From Lama guanicoe (lineage: Eukaryota), in contig MU054338.1 of assembly GCA_013239625.1 (NCBI GenBank), forward strand, positions 4,303,371 through 4,367,370: a DNA stretch of 64,000 nt, in the 5' to 3' direction. This document shows positions 39,559 to 50,577 of this stretch, piece by piece; positions within the stretch are counted from its first letter, which is position 1, and the number at the start of each line of letters is the position of its first letter. A model generated the notes under the pieces. That model did no database searches and was not told where the DNA came from. It saw only the letters and a list, made by a program, of their open reading frames with translations. Position numbers and translations under genes: made by a program.

Positions 39559-40467
39559 GCTCTCTTTTCTCTGCCCACCCTCCTATCCAGATCCCACCGG
39601 GCTGACTGTGACCTTTAAGAACTCAAAAGAGGAAGTAGGTTTGAACCAGCAGCGAACTTAAAGAAAAGACCTCCAAAGGAACGTCTTAGCACCCAGGACG
39701 GAACGCGAGCACTGTAGACAACCTTCCCCTCTCCCCTGGAAACCCCCAACGCAGCCCCCAAAGTCAGGCCCTGGGGTGGGTGTCCAGGCTGCCTCTGGTC
39801 CTCGTTTGCCCCGGAACCGCCCCCCTCCCAGCTTCGTGAAGCCCCCAGCAGCCTCTGAGTCAGCCTGCCGGGGGAACACCGAAGACGAGTCATTTTTCTT
39901 GCCCATATCGGATGCGTCTCTCTCAGATACACCCCGCACCGCGGGATCTCCACCTGGGATTCACCTCTGGGGCAGAACTGACTCTCCAGACCCCGCGGGG
40001 CAGCCTCCAGCCTTAGCTCCCTGTTCTGGGCTCTCTCCTGTCCCATTCCACCAGATCTTTCTCCCTGGCTGAGTTTTATCTGTTTCATTCTGATTATTTT
40101 TTTGGTTTTGGTTTTTGCTTTTCGGTTATTAGGTTGTTTGCGCTATAGCTCACCACCCCTCTGCTCCGAGCCGATTCTCTTTCCTGTGGCTCAGCTCCCC
40201 TCTGGACCCCCTACCCCCAGGCCAGCCCCCCCCCCAGGAGGTCCCCAGGCTCCTGAGCGAGCAGGTGGCAGGTGTTCGTGGCTTTCCCATCCTCCCTTCT
40301 CGACTTACCGCAGCTGAATCTAGCTGCTGCTGCTGCCCGGTGAAGTGCAGGCAGTGGAAGAGGCAGTACATCACCGTGCCAGTGAGTAGCAGCAGCAAGG
40401 TGACGCGCAGGACGGGCGTCCAGGGCCAGCCGGGCACCTGGCAGCGTGAGCGCTCCTCAGCTAGCAT
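36888..40467 (-). CDS. CD70: CD70 (TNFSF7/CD27 ligand); exons 40467-40309, 39426-39393, ~37267-36888; exon 3 acceptor missing, possible pseudogene
   Basis: [10 protein letters not shown]...TM...[20 protein letters not shown]|..[30 protein letters not shown]...GICSP...[18 protein letters not shown]...[12 protein letters not shown] matches CD70; 159+34+380=573 nt in frame. Confidence 0.92.
37266..38680 (+). mobile_element. MLT1A-like MaLR LTR in CD70 intron 2, split into ~37266-37298, ~37758-37818 and ~38452-38680
   Basis: The pieces follow the remembered MLT1A order (ccccaaa..tgtcgaaacctaacccc / gatggtgttggaaggtggggc / ccaccatgtgaaga...ccagacac...ttcccagcctccag...ttgtttataagctacc). The usual LTR 5' start is absent. 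Confidence 0.7.
37820..38452 (+). mobile_element. L1 3' end inserted into the MLT1A-like LTR, antisense to CD70
   Basis: gaatggataaagaagatgtggtatat...ctcaatac followed by poly-A. Confidence 0.8.
39393..39426 (-). CDS. CD70: CD70 exon 2 (34 nt, [11 protein letters not shown])
   Basis: tttttcttccAG| acceptor and |GTAATA donor. Confidence 0.93.
39503..39556. repeat. (CA)n(CT)n compound microsatellite in CD70 intron 1
   Basis: Seen directly. Confidence 0.9.
40309..40467 (-). CDS. CD70: CD70 exon 1 coding part
   Basis: accATG at 40467 (a weaker in-frame ATG lies at 40488); TM segment [19 protein letters not shown]; donor GCG|GTAAGT. Confidence 0.9.
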
Positions 40468-40656
40468 GGTCCTCCACGCCGGCCGCATCGGTTGTGCTGC
40501 AGGGCAGAGGGCGGGCACAGGGCAGCCAGCAAGGGGGAAGGAAGCCAGCCCTCACACAGCTACGGGGCCCTCTCTGCCTGCCTGAACCTGCCAGGGACCG
40601 ACTGCGCCCCACCCTGGGAATGCCCGTCAGAGGGACTTGATTTGTTCTATGGTGCG

Positions 40657-40757
40657 GGGAAGTCCCCTCCAGCTTCTGCTGATCCCCAGCCGACAGGAGA
40701 ACAGGGTCAGGGTGCCCTCCAGTTTTTTGATTTGGCTCTCCTCCCACTTTCCTGGAA
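40657..40757. promoter_or_regulatory. CD70 proximal promoter motifs: kB site GGGAAGTCCC (40657-40666) and GAS/STAT site TTCCTGGAA (40749-40757)
   Basis: Exact consensus matches 190-290 nt upstream of the CD70 ATG. Confidence 0.55.
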
Positions 40758-41062
40758 GTAATTCATTTATTCAACAAACTTGCATTGAGCATGTACTATG
40801 AACCAGATGATGTGCTGGGCTCCAGAGGTACAGCCAGAACCCAGGGATGGAGGAGGGCTCCCCAAATATCTGTGTGTTCCCCTGCATCTTGCCAGCCTCC
40901 CTGGCTTGTGGTGGGAGCAGCCCTGGGGCTCACGTGATTGACCTGCCTGACAGGAGAACAGACGCAGAAGAGGGGTCGCTTCCCTGGACTGATCTTGTAA
41001 ACACACCCCACTGCCTCTCTGTCCTTCCCCTCGTGCTCTTGGAGGACATCTGTCCTTGATGA

Positions 41063-41465
41063 CTGTAGTGATTTGAATTTGTCACTCCCAAATTCATGTC
41101 TGCCCAGAATCTCAGTGCAGGGCCTCGTGTAGCAATAGGGTCTTTGCAGATGTCATTAGGTCACACTGGACAAGGTGGACCCTAAACCCCATGGTGTCTT
41201 TATCGGAAAAGGAGAGACACGTGGAGCTGGGGCAGACATTGGAGCGATACGGCGACCCCCAAAGAACCCCAAGGATGGTCGGCAAACACCAGAAGCCAGG
41301 AAGAGGCCACGGAGGATTGTCCCTTAAAGCCCTCGGTGGGAGCAAAGTCCTTCGGACACCTTGATTTCAGACCCTTGGCCTCCAGAACTCTGCGCAAGTA
41401 AGTTTCTGTTGTTTTAAGCCAACTCGCTTATGGCAGTCCCTTCTGGGAGCCTCAAGAAACTAGTA
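41063..41465 (+). mobile_element. MLT1-type MaLR LTR upstream of CD70
   Basis: tgtagtgatttgaattt...gggtctttgcagatgt...tttctgttgttttaagcc. Confidence 0.7.
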
Positions 41466-41859
41466 GCCATGGACCAATAACTACAAGATGGAGAAGGACT
41501 ACCTGGGCTCCATGGGACTGGGACAGATCTAGTTGGTAACAGTGAATCAGACCACTCGCCGTGGCACCGCGGCCCCGGCTGCATCCGACACGGGCACGTG
41601 GCTGTGTTCCTAGAGGCTCTGCCTGTAGACACTGATGTTTGAAACTTTTATTCCACAGTGAGCAGTCGTAGTAGCGTGACCTGCGAGGGCAGGGGGTGGG
41701 TGGGAAGCTGGGGACAGGAGAAGGAGAGGGACATGGAATAGATTTCAGAGCTGGAGCCACCAGTCTCCGCTGCTGTAGGAGGGCAAGTGGAAGAAGGAGA
41801 GGAGTCCAAGGTGTCAGGAGCCTTGGGAGTCAGATGCTCAGCATAAACTCCCCAACTGA

Positions 41860-41875
41860 AAAGGGAATTCCCTTT
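41860..41875. promoter_or_regulatory. Palindromic NF-kB site AAAGGGAATTCCCTTT
   Basis: Perfect 16-bp palindrome containing GGGAATTCCC, 1.4 kb upstream of CD70. Confidence 0.5.
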
Positions 41876-42849
41876 CTGAAAGCCCTAGGGTTCCAGGTCT
41901 GGGGGTTCAGCTAGTAGCATCCTTAAAGGGACCTCAAGCTCTCTTGGCACGGGGGCGTGATCCTAGGAATTGTCCCCAGCCTTCCTTCTTACTATGTGAA
42001 ACCCTCGCTGTGTTCTAAAGTCCAGCTCCACCAGTAACTCCATCTCCAGGACCGTCCAGCCCCCATCCTGTGGTGGTCCCCACTCTGAACCTTTGATGGT
42101 TTTTTGCAGACCTTTTTATTTTTTGATATATATATATATTTATTGAAGTATAGTCAGTTTGCAGTGTTGTGTCAATTTCTGGTGTACAGTGTAATGCTTC
42201 AATCATACGTGAGCATACATATGTTTGTTTTCATATATTGTAGCCCTTCTAATGTCCCTCTCCCACCTCCATCTGGCTAAAAGCCATTCATAGTAAAAAA
42301 AAAAAAAAAATTTGCTCCAGAAAACAGTTAAGTATGCGGAATCCGGAGTCTCTCAGCACACCTGGATTCCACTCTTCAGACGGTCTTGTTAGCCTTTGGG
42401 AAACTCATACCCTCATCAGCTTTGAGTTTAACGTTTCCATCTATACAGTGGGCTGGGATGAGGTTTAAAGGAGAGACACACACAAGGCCCTTAGCATCGT
42501 GCGTGCAGACGGCAAGTGCTCAATAAGGGCTGGCTCTCAATTTTGTCATCCCCTCCCCCCGCAAATGCTCATTAGAAGAGGGGACAAAGGGCACAGCTGA
42601 CAATTCACAAAGAAAGAAGCTCGGGTGTCTTTTGAATATAGAAAAAAGGACGTCACAATAAAATGCACACGGTATCTCTCGTGGACAGAAAAGGTTAAAA
42701 GATGGCTAAACCAAAACTAAATCCCAGTTGGATCCCAGACTTAAGGGTTAAAAAAAAAGGCCACGAAAGTGCTGAAGGTATGGTAAATTCATAAGAATTC
42801 ATCTTGGTGCAGTGAAGACTTTTTAAGTAAGTTTTTAAAAAATACTAAT

Positions 42850-43220
42850 GTAAGTCAGACAGAGAAAGACAAAAATCACAGGGAATCACTTACATGTGGA
42901 ATCTAAAAACACAGATTCTGTTTAGAAACCAAGGACAGACTCATGGACACAGAAAGCAAACTATGGCTACCAAAGGGGAAGGGGCAGGGAGGGATAAATT
43001 AGGGGCTGAGGATTAACAGATACATGTTATTATATATATAAAATAGATAAACAAGGGCCTACTGTACAGCACAGGGGACTGTATTCAATTTCTTGTGATA
43101 ATACATGAAGGAAAAGAATCTGAAAGGAAAAAATATGTATGTATGTATACATAAAACTGAATCACTTTGCTGTGCCCCTGAAACTAACATTGTGAATCAA
43201 CTACACTTCAAAACAAAAAC
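42850..43220 (+). mobile_element. L1 3' end (artiodactyl type)
   Basis: aagtcagacagagaaagacaaa...ctgaaactaacattgtgaatcaactacacttcaa. Confidence 0.75.
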
Positions 43221-46200
43221 GCTAAGAAAGTCTCCATTAAAAATCCCATTCAGGTTAGAGGTCACACACACACACACACAAGCAGCAAGACAGAGGGGAA
43301 AAAAAGGTAAGTTTGCAAGGCCGGAGGTAGACAAAACTGTTTTCCTTAAGCTGTAAAAAACTTAGAAGTTAAGCCGTGAAGAAGTGACAAATGCTCTCAA
43401 GAAAAGGAAATGGCCAAGAGCAGTCAGAATATAAAAATAAATACGATCCCACGTGAAACAGTCTTGAAATTCTCTCTGTTCCTAATAAGTGACTTAAAAA
43501 TTAAAAGCACGTGGAATACATCTTTTCTTCAGTGCCTTTCATAATTTGGCAAACAATCAGAGCATTTGATGAACTGGAGGATTCACCCAAGTGTGTGGGT
43601 GAGAAGCACCCCTGATACCCGGATGCTGGGGTTTGAACCGGTTACAGCCTTTTGGGAGGACGGTTTGGCAAATCGATCAAGGCACCAAAACGCACCTCCC
43701 ATTCCTGACTCTCAGGCCCGGCGATGTCACTTCAAGGATTCACTGCACAAGCGCGCTCGCGCATGCCACAAGCGCCGGGGTACACACCTAAATTCAATAA
43801 GTCACGTGTCAGAAAGCAACCCAGAGACCCACTCATTATCCAGGGCTTAGTCCCACGCTAAGAACGTGGCGGGTGTCACGTGTCTGAAGCTTCCCTAGAG
43901 CCCCAGGAAGTACCCCACGCCGTGATCCCGTTTTCCGCCGGAGCAGGAGCAGGCTCAGGCAGGGAGGCTGGCGGCCGAATCCACGTGGCGAAGAGCTGAG
44001 GGCAGGGTGCACCTGGGTCCCCGCGCACACTTGCGCCTCTTGCCTGGGTTTTCCCACTGCTCTGGACTACCGGCCTGGGGACTCTGGGAGGCTCCATCGA
44101 TCAATAGCTCTCTGGGCTGTGCAGTTCTGCTTGGGGGCGGTGTAGGGTGTTTGAGGAAGTTCTCAAACCAGAGTTTCACACGAGAAGCGGCAGGGAGGGG
44201 AGCTGAAGAGCTCCTTGGCGCTTGGCAGCTACATCTCCACCTTCCTCACTACTTCTGAGAAGTCAGGGGAGCTCGAGCACAGTCCAGGGGAGGGAATGGA
44301 GGGCAGAGGCTCCCGGGTGGGTGGGGGGCGATCTGCATGTAGGAATTAAGATCGCGTTTCTCTTCCAGCAAGCCTCAAGCCCATCAGGTTGAGTGGTTTT
44401 TTTTTTTTTTTTTGCATTCTTTTTTACTGAAGTATAGTCAGTTACTATGTTGTGTCAGTTTCCGGTGTCCAGCACAATAGTTCGGTCATACGTATACATG
44501 CGTATGTTCCCTTTCATGTTCTTTTTTGTTATAGGTTCCTACAAGGTGTTGATATAGTTCCCTGTGCTGTACAGCATAAAACTTGTTTATCTACCTTATA
44601 TATAGTAGTTGGTATCTGTAAATCTGCAGCTCCCACACCAGGTTGATTTTTAACTGCCTTCTCCTTTTCCCAGAGGGCACTTGGAAACTCCCACCTCCCA
44701 CCTGTGCCCCTGAGAACCGAGGGCAGCTTGAAGGTGCCAACTCTGATATCTTCTTTGTCCAAGCTGGCTGCCCATCTGCTATCCCTTCGCTGTGAATGCC
44801 CTCAAGCTGCCGTAGGGCTCTGCCCCTTGGTGTCCTTTCTAGCAACCTAAGCAGGAAGCAAGCACACTGAAGTCTCCCAGCTTATAGCTCCCACTTAACT
44901 ACGTACCAGGCCTCCCAATTCTGAGATTTCAGCTGGGAGAGACGGCTTCAGGACACATCTCTCTTAGCACCTGTTTCCCTGTCCCGTTCTCCATCCTGCG
45001 AGCCACGAGGACTGGGCGGGTTAGGATTGTCTGACTCAGAGGCTAAAAGCTCAGATTGTTAAGCCAGCTAGCCTAGCAGAGTGAGATGAGCGAGGCAGGC
45101 ACTCAGGTGCAAAATTCACCAAGGCACCCCCAAACCCAGTGATCAAGATAAATAATATTCTACTGTAATATTTTTAAAAATAAAAAATGCAAAAATATAC
45201 ATAAATAAAATGTCAAATTTTTTTACAATTTTTTCTTGTGATTAGAACTTTTCAGATCTATTCTCAGCAACTTTCAAATAGACAATACAGTATTATTAGC
45301 TGTATTCACCAAGCTGTACATTATACCCCCATGTCTTATTTATTTTATAAATGGACGTTTGTACTTTTTGACTACCTTCACTGAAAAAGTTTAAAATAAA
45401 GATTGCATCTGAGCCTGCATTAACATGACTCACCTTACTTTTCTTACCTTAGTTCTGAACCTGGAGCCTAAATTTGAATTTTGGCTTCATCACTTATTAG
45501 CTCTTTGACCTTGGGCAAGTTACTTAACCTCTCTGTGCCTCATTTCCTTGGAGGTAACAATGCTATCTATCTCACAGACTTGCTATAAAGATTATAGGAG
45601 TTAATATTCATAGTAAGGACTTAGCACAAGGCTAGCTGTAGTAAAGAACTAGTGGCAGCTATTCTATTACTACTATTGTTATGATTATCATCATCATCAT
45701 AATCTCACGTCTATATCTGACACATAGTAACCTTGAGCATAAGTCTTTCATAATTGAATGTCAACACATAGAGTTTAAAGAATTTATAAAAGCCTTTTTT
45801 TTCCCCTATTGCCAAACAGCTTTCCAGACTATTGCCTTGATAGAAGCTAAAAAATCTCTGATTTCATCATCAAAGTTAATATTTCCTCCTTCCCCTGAAG
45901 CTTGTGTGATGGTCAGCGTAGGCTAGGTTATGTTGTAATAGCAAACAGCCCTTAGATGTCTTTACACAATTAAAGTTTATTTTCTGCTCATGCTCTGTGC
46001 AGGTCAGTAAGGGGTTCAGATCTGTACATGTTAGGCTGAAATGTTGAAATGTCATTACCATTCACTTTCCACTGGCCAGACCATGTCATGCTGCTCTGCC
46101 TAATTTCAGAGGTTCCAGGGAAACCTTTGCATTTCAGATCGGCACATGGCTGCTTAGAAGGAAGACTACATTTCCCAGGCTCCCTTGCACCTAGAGCAAT

Positions 46201-46598
46201 CATGTGACTAAGTTCTGGCCAGTGAGGTGTGAGTGGAATTGATTAGTGCAAACTACTGGGTCATGCCTTTGAAGGGAAGGGCAGTACCTTCCTTTCACTT
46301 TTCTCCTTCTTGCTGCCTGGAATGCAGCCACAGAGGCATGGCTTCTTGATCTGCACAGGCAGGGGCATCATTCTTAACATGTCAGAGGAACAGGAGAGAA
46401 AGAATTTGGGATTCTGAAGACTTTGCAGAGAAGAGTAAACATACTAGCCTAGAATTTCATGTAGCAGAAAATTGATTCTAGTTGCTTGCTTGTATATTAT
46501 TCTTAAGGAATAGTCTAGAACTGTTGAGTCAGCCCTGATAGCTTCTGCATTTATGTGACTGCTGCACAACAAACCACCATAAAAAATTACTGGCTTTA

Positions 46599-46672
46599 GG
46601 GGGGAGGGCATAGCTCAAGTGGTAGAGCACATGCTTAGCATGCACAAGGCCCTGGGTTCAATCCCCAGCAGC
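46599..46672 (+). mobile_element. tRNA-derived SINE head, 3'-truncated
   Basis: GGGGAGGGCATAGCTCAAGTGGTAGAGC...GGTTCAATCCCCAG. Confidence 0.75.
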
Positions 46673-46792
46673 TTCTGTATTGGAAATAGAGTCTTTGCAG
46701 TTATAATAATAATTAAAATATAAGATGAGGTATTAGAATGGGCTCTCAGTCCAGTCAGGATGGTGTTCTCATAAGAAGAGAAGAGAAACAGA

Positions 46793-47580
46793 TTGTGATA
46801 TTGTGATTCATAATAAAAATGTATATACTTGGTCTTCATCCCCATTCCTGGCACAGAGCTTCTAAAAACCCTTGGAATTTCCTACCCGAGGACTGCATTG
46901 TAGGTGTCTTTATGCTGATGACATGACTTTTGGAAAGCCCCAAGGGAAGGTGACTGGTTGCCAGGGATTCCAACCACACAATTAAAGGGTCAGAACTTTC
47001 AGCCCCATCCCCTCATCTTCTTGGAGGGGAGAGGGACTGGAGGTTGAATCAGTCACCAATGGCCAGTGATTTAATCCCTCATGCCCAGGTAATGCAGCCC
47101 CCATAAAACCCAAAAGGTGGGGGTTCAAAGAGCTTGTAGGTTGGTGAACACATGGAGACTTGGGGAGAGTGGTGCTTGTAGAGGCAGAGAAGCTCACTGC
47201 TCTCTCCATGTACCTTGCCCTGTGCATCCCTTTTTTCTGGCTGTTTCTGAGTCATATCCCTTCATAATAAACCGGTAATCTAGTAAGTGAAGTGTTTCTC
47301 TGAGTTCTGTGAGCCACTCTAGCAAATTAATCAAAACCACGGAGGGGGTTGTTGGAACCTCTGATCCACCAGCAGACGGATCAGAAGCACAGGTGACAGC
47401 TTGGACTTAAGATTGGCACCTGAAGTTGGGAGGTGCTAGTGGGACTGAGCCCTTAACCTGCAGGATCTGATGCTATTTCCAGGTAGACAGAGTCAGAATT
47501 GAGTTGAATTGTAGGACACCCAGCTGGTGCCTGAGAACCCCCACATGCCTGCTGTCAGAAGTGTTACAGGATGTGACAAT
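46793..47580. mobile_element. MER21-like LTR nested in an MLT1 LTR (~46675-47875)
   Basis: tgtgatattgtgattcataataaaaatgtat...cagagtcagaattgagttgaattgtaggacacccagctgg. Confidence 0.6.
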
Positions 47581-47626
47581 AGTGTCAGAGTAAAGGAGAA
47601 ACACAGGAGGATGACTGAGTTTGCCC

Positions 47627-47673
<47 letters not shown>
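47627..47673. repeat. (CA)n microsatellite
   Basis: Seen directly. Confidence 0.95.
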
Positions 47674-47679
<6 letters not shown>

Positions 47680-48529
47680 TCAGAGATTGGAGGGGCGCAT
47701 CTAACAGGGGAAAGAGAGCCAAGAATGGCCATCAGAAGCTAGAAGAAATGAGAAAACATCGTCTTCTACGATCTTGGCAGGGAGCCTGGCCCTGCCAACA
47801 AATTGATCTTGGACTTCTGGCTTCTAGAACTGTGAGAGGACAAATCTCTGCTGTTTCAGGCCATCTAATTTGTGGCTTAAAACAGGAAGCCTGCAGGCAT
47901 TAGGGGATGGCAATGACTCTGACCACCTATCTCAGTGATTAACTGAGGTTATTCTGTTTCCCTTTAAAACTGTCACAGTTGAACAGTAGGTTTGGAGATT
48001 TTTTTTTTTTTTTTTTTTGGTGGGGGATGGCCTGGGAAACGTCAATACTGTGAACCAGCTGAAGAGGCATATTACAGGCCCATCAGTATGCAGCTATAAA
48101 TGTGTGAATTTCCATAACCGCTGGGCGGGTACAATGACATACTTAGTCTTTCCATAATCAGTAGAATTTCACGCTACTCGTCTCAAACTGAAAAGTTGCA
48201 AATGAGAAAGGAATCGTTACTATTTTACTCCGTTGGTGTAAATTCACGACCCATCTTTGGATCTTTAGTATTGATCGAACACTCGTTTGTTTTTCTGAAT
48301 GAACACTGAGCCTCCCCTCCTCCCCTGAAAATGTACATTTCAATCTTTTTCAAATGTAATCACCATTTGAAGTTGACCTGTGAGTGTAAGTTCTCCTCTC
48401 CCTATGGGTGAAGTAAATCTAGAAAAGAATATTGAGGAAGTACTGAGCCTCTAGTTTTGGTCGTTAAGATACTGAGGTGTGGGGATGTTAGCAGAGAATG
48501 AGACTCTTAAATTAGGAAGCCCACCAAAA

Positions 48530-49630
48530 TGATGCAGGAAAAACGGATGTGGGGTTTGAGGAGGGCTGTGTCCCAGGCTTCGGTTGAGCCCCTGGGACGT
48601 GCCCCGCCAAGTGTGGGTTCTTGGCTTGTTACGGAAACGACAGGCCAGTCAAGAAACAAGCACCACTCGGAGGGCTGGAGCACTCAGATGTATTACGCCG
48701 GTGGGCTCAGAGGGGCTTCTGCTCCGAAGCTCTGAGCACCTCCAAGACGTGCACATGAGGTTTTATAGGGTAAAGTACAAGCTTGGGGTATTTGGCCAAT
48801 AGGCAGGGAACAGCTTTAGCAGCGAACAGCTTTAGCAGCATTATCATCACATAAGTGGAGGCGGGGAGGCAGCAAACCAACATTCCAAAGCCAGATATAT
48901 ATCTTTGAAAATCCAGCTGGCTAGCAAAAAGCATAAACAGCAAACCAACACTAATTAACTTAGATTTACAAGTTAGTCCAGCAGAACTCAGATCAGTATT
49001 CCAATACTTAGACTTGTGAGTTACCTTGTTAGCCCAGCCCAGCCTCTCCTTCACATTCCTAGACTTGTGAGTTATCTTGTGAGACCAGCCCGGCTTTTCC
49101 TTCACAGGCTTCGTGCAGGAAAGAATTCAAGAGCGAGCCACCGTTGAGTAAAGGTAGTTATTTAGAGCGGTACATCGGAAGGCAAGAGAAAGGCCATGAG
49201 GTGTGGGGCTGGGTGCTCAGATTGGAGTAAGAGTAAGTACACACTCCACAGACAGAGTGCGGGCCGTCTCTGAAAGGGGACAGAAGGTGGGTGTTGCCAG
49301 ATTTTACGGGCTCAGTGGCTTCATGTGCTAATAAGTGGAAGGGCCAGGCTAACTAACCTTGGGAAAGGGCTGGGATTCCCAGGAAGTTGGCCACTTCCCA
49401 CTCTTTGACCTTTTGTGGCCAGACTTGGGACAGTCATGGCACCTGTGGACGTGTTATTTACCACACTAATACATTGCAGTGGGAGTATAATGAAGCTCAA
49501 GATCCGCTAGACGTCACATCTCCCACCATCCTGAGCCGTGAGGCCTCCTGGGGGTTGAATCTTCCACCATTTTGATGTTACTTGCTGTAGCATTCCTTGG
49601 ATGGCTGTGCCCTGCCCCCTTCCTGTCTCA
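48530..49630 (-). mobile_element. ERV 3' LTR (interrupted at 48627-49106)
   Basis: Preceded on the - strand by the PPT GAGGGGGGAA (49640-49631). Confidence 0.88.
48627..49106. mobile_element. Younger solo LTR nested in the ERV 3' LTR
   Basis: TGT...ACA ends; 4-bp TSD GGCT (48623-48626 and 49107-49110); empty site visible in the 5' LTR. Confidence 0.85.
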
Positions 49631-49894
49631 TTCCCCCCTCAGAGATTTTACTCCCACATCTAACGGGGTTGCAGAAGGCGATGGTCGTCTTCTGAAACTG
49701 CCTATCAGGGAGTAAAACTCTCTGATTGTCTAATCTAGGGCCCCAGGGGCAGGACAGCCTGTTGCTTTTGAGGGTTTCTTTGAGGGCTGAGGGTGTGGAC
49801 TAGAATCTTTGCACAGCCATCATCTGATGTGGGGCTGCAGGAACCCGCTGTTTTCACTGACTTCTGATGAATTTTCATAAAGACGAAGCCCCTT

Positions 49895-50577
49895 TGTAAC
49901 AACAGTTTGACAGTCTGTAACTTAGAGCAGGCAGACAGCTAGATATGAGCAGAGAAAGGGGGACACAGACCAGATGGCAGGAATTGGGCAGAAAGGAGGG
50001 GCACAGGCCAAATGCAGGAAACCACACATCACACAAGCACCAGGGGTCCTTGGCAGAGAAAGAAAAGCAGGAACCTTTGGGCTCATAAGGAATCACAACT
50101 TTTGGGGTGATGAGTGGCCTTGGAGGCCAACAAAGAAAGGTGAGAAAAGGCAGGAATTTCCAGTGTCTGAATGTAACCTTTTACTCATTATGCCCCTATT
50201 TGAATAAAATTAGCCTTGCAGATCAGAAGTACCCATCATGCACCTACGCCACGACACTTTCGATCCAGACTAAGTAAGGACAAAAATCCCTCCTCCCTTT
50301 GGGAAGGTGGAGTTGGGGAGAAAATCAAGGAATATGACCCCAAGCTCTTCCCACCCCAATGAATATTCCGCCCATTCACTTTTATACCCTATGTTAGCAA
50401 CTTGCCAAAGACACTCAGGGCAGCCGCTCACCTGAGCCTGCCCGCTATCCCCTGAGAGTGGACTACCCATCCTTTAATAAATCCTCACTTTACTTTTTTA
50501 AACCACTATGACTTGTCTCTGAATTCTTTCTGGAACGAGGCAAGAATCTGGAACACTGGTTGCATCCACCAGCAACA
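49895..50577 (+). mobile_element. Solo LTR nested in the ERV internal region, opposite orientation
   Basis: TGTAAC...CAACA ends, AATAAA at ~50476; no clear TSD. Confidence 0.6.

Noticed and set aside
46599..46672. tRNA-like sequence
   Set aside because: It is the head of the recurrent SINE family, not a canonical cloverleaf tRNA gene.
47999..48018. Poly-T suggesting a processed pseudogene tail
   Set aside because: The run sits inside the LTR-like segment also found inverted at ~55950; no TSD or coding match was found.
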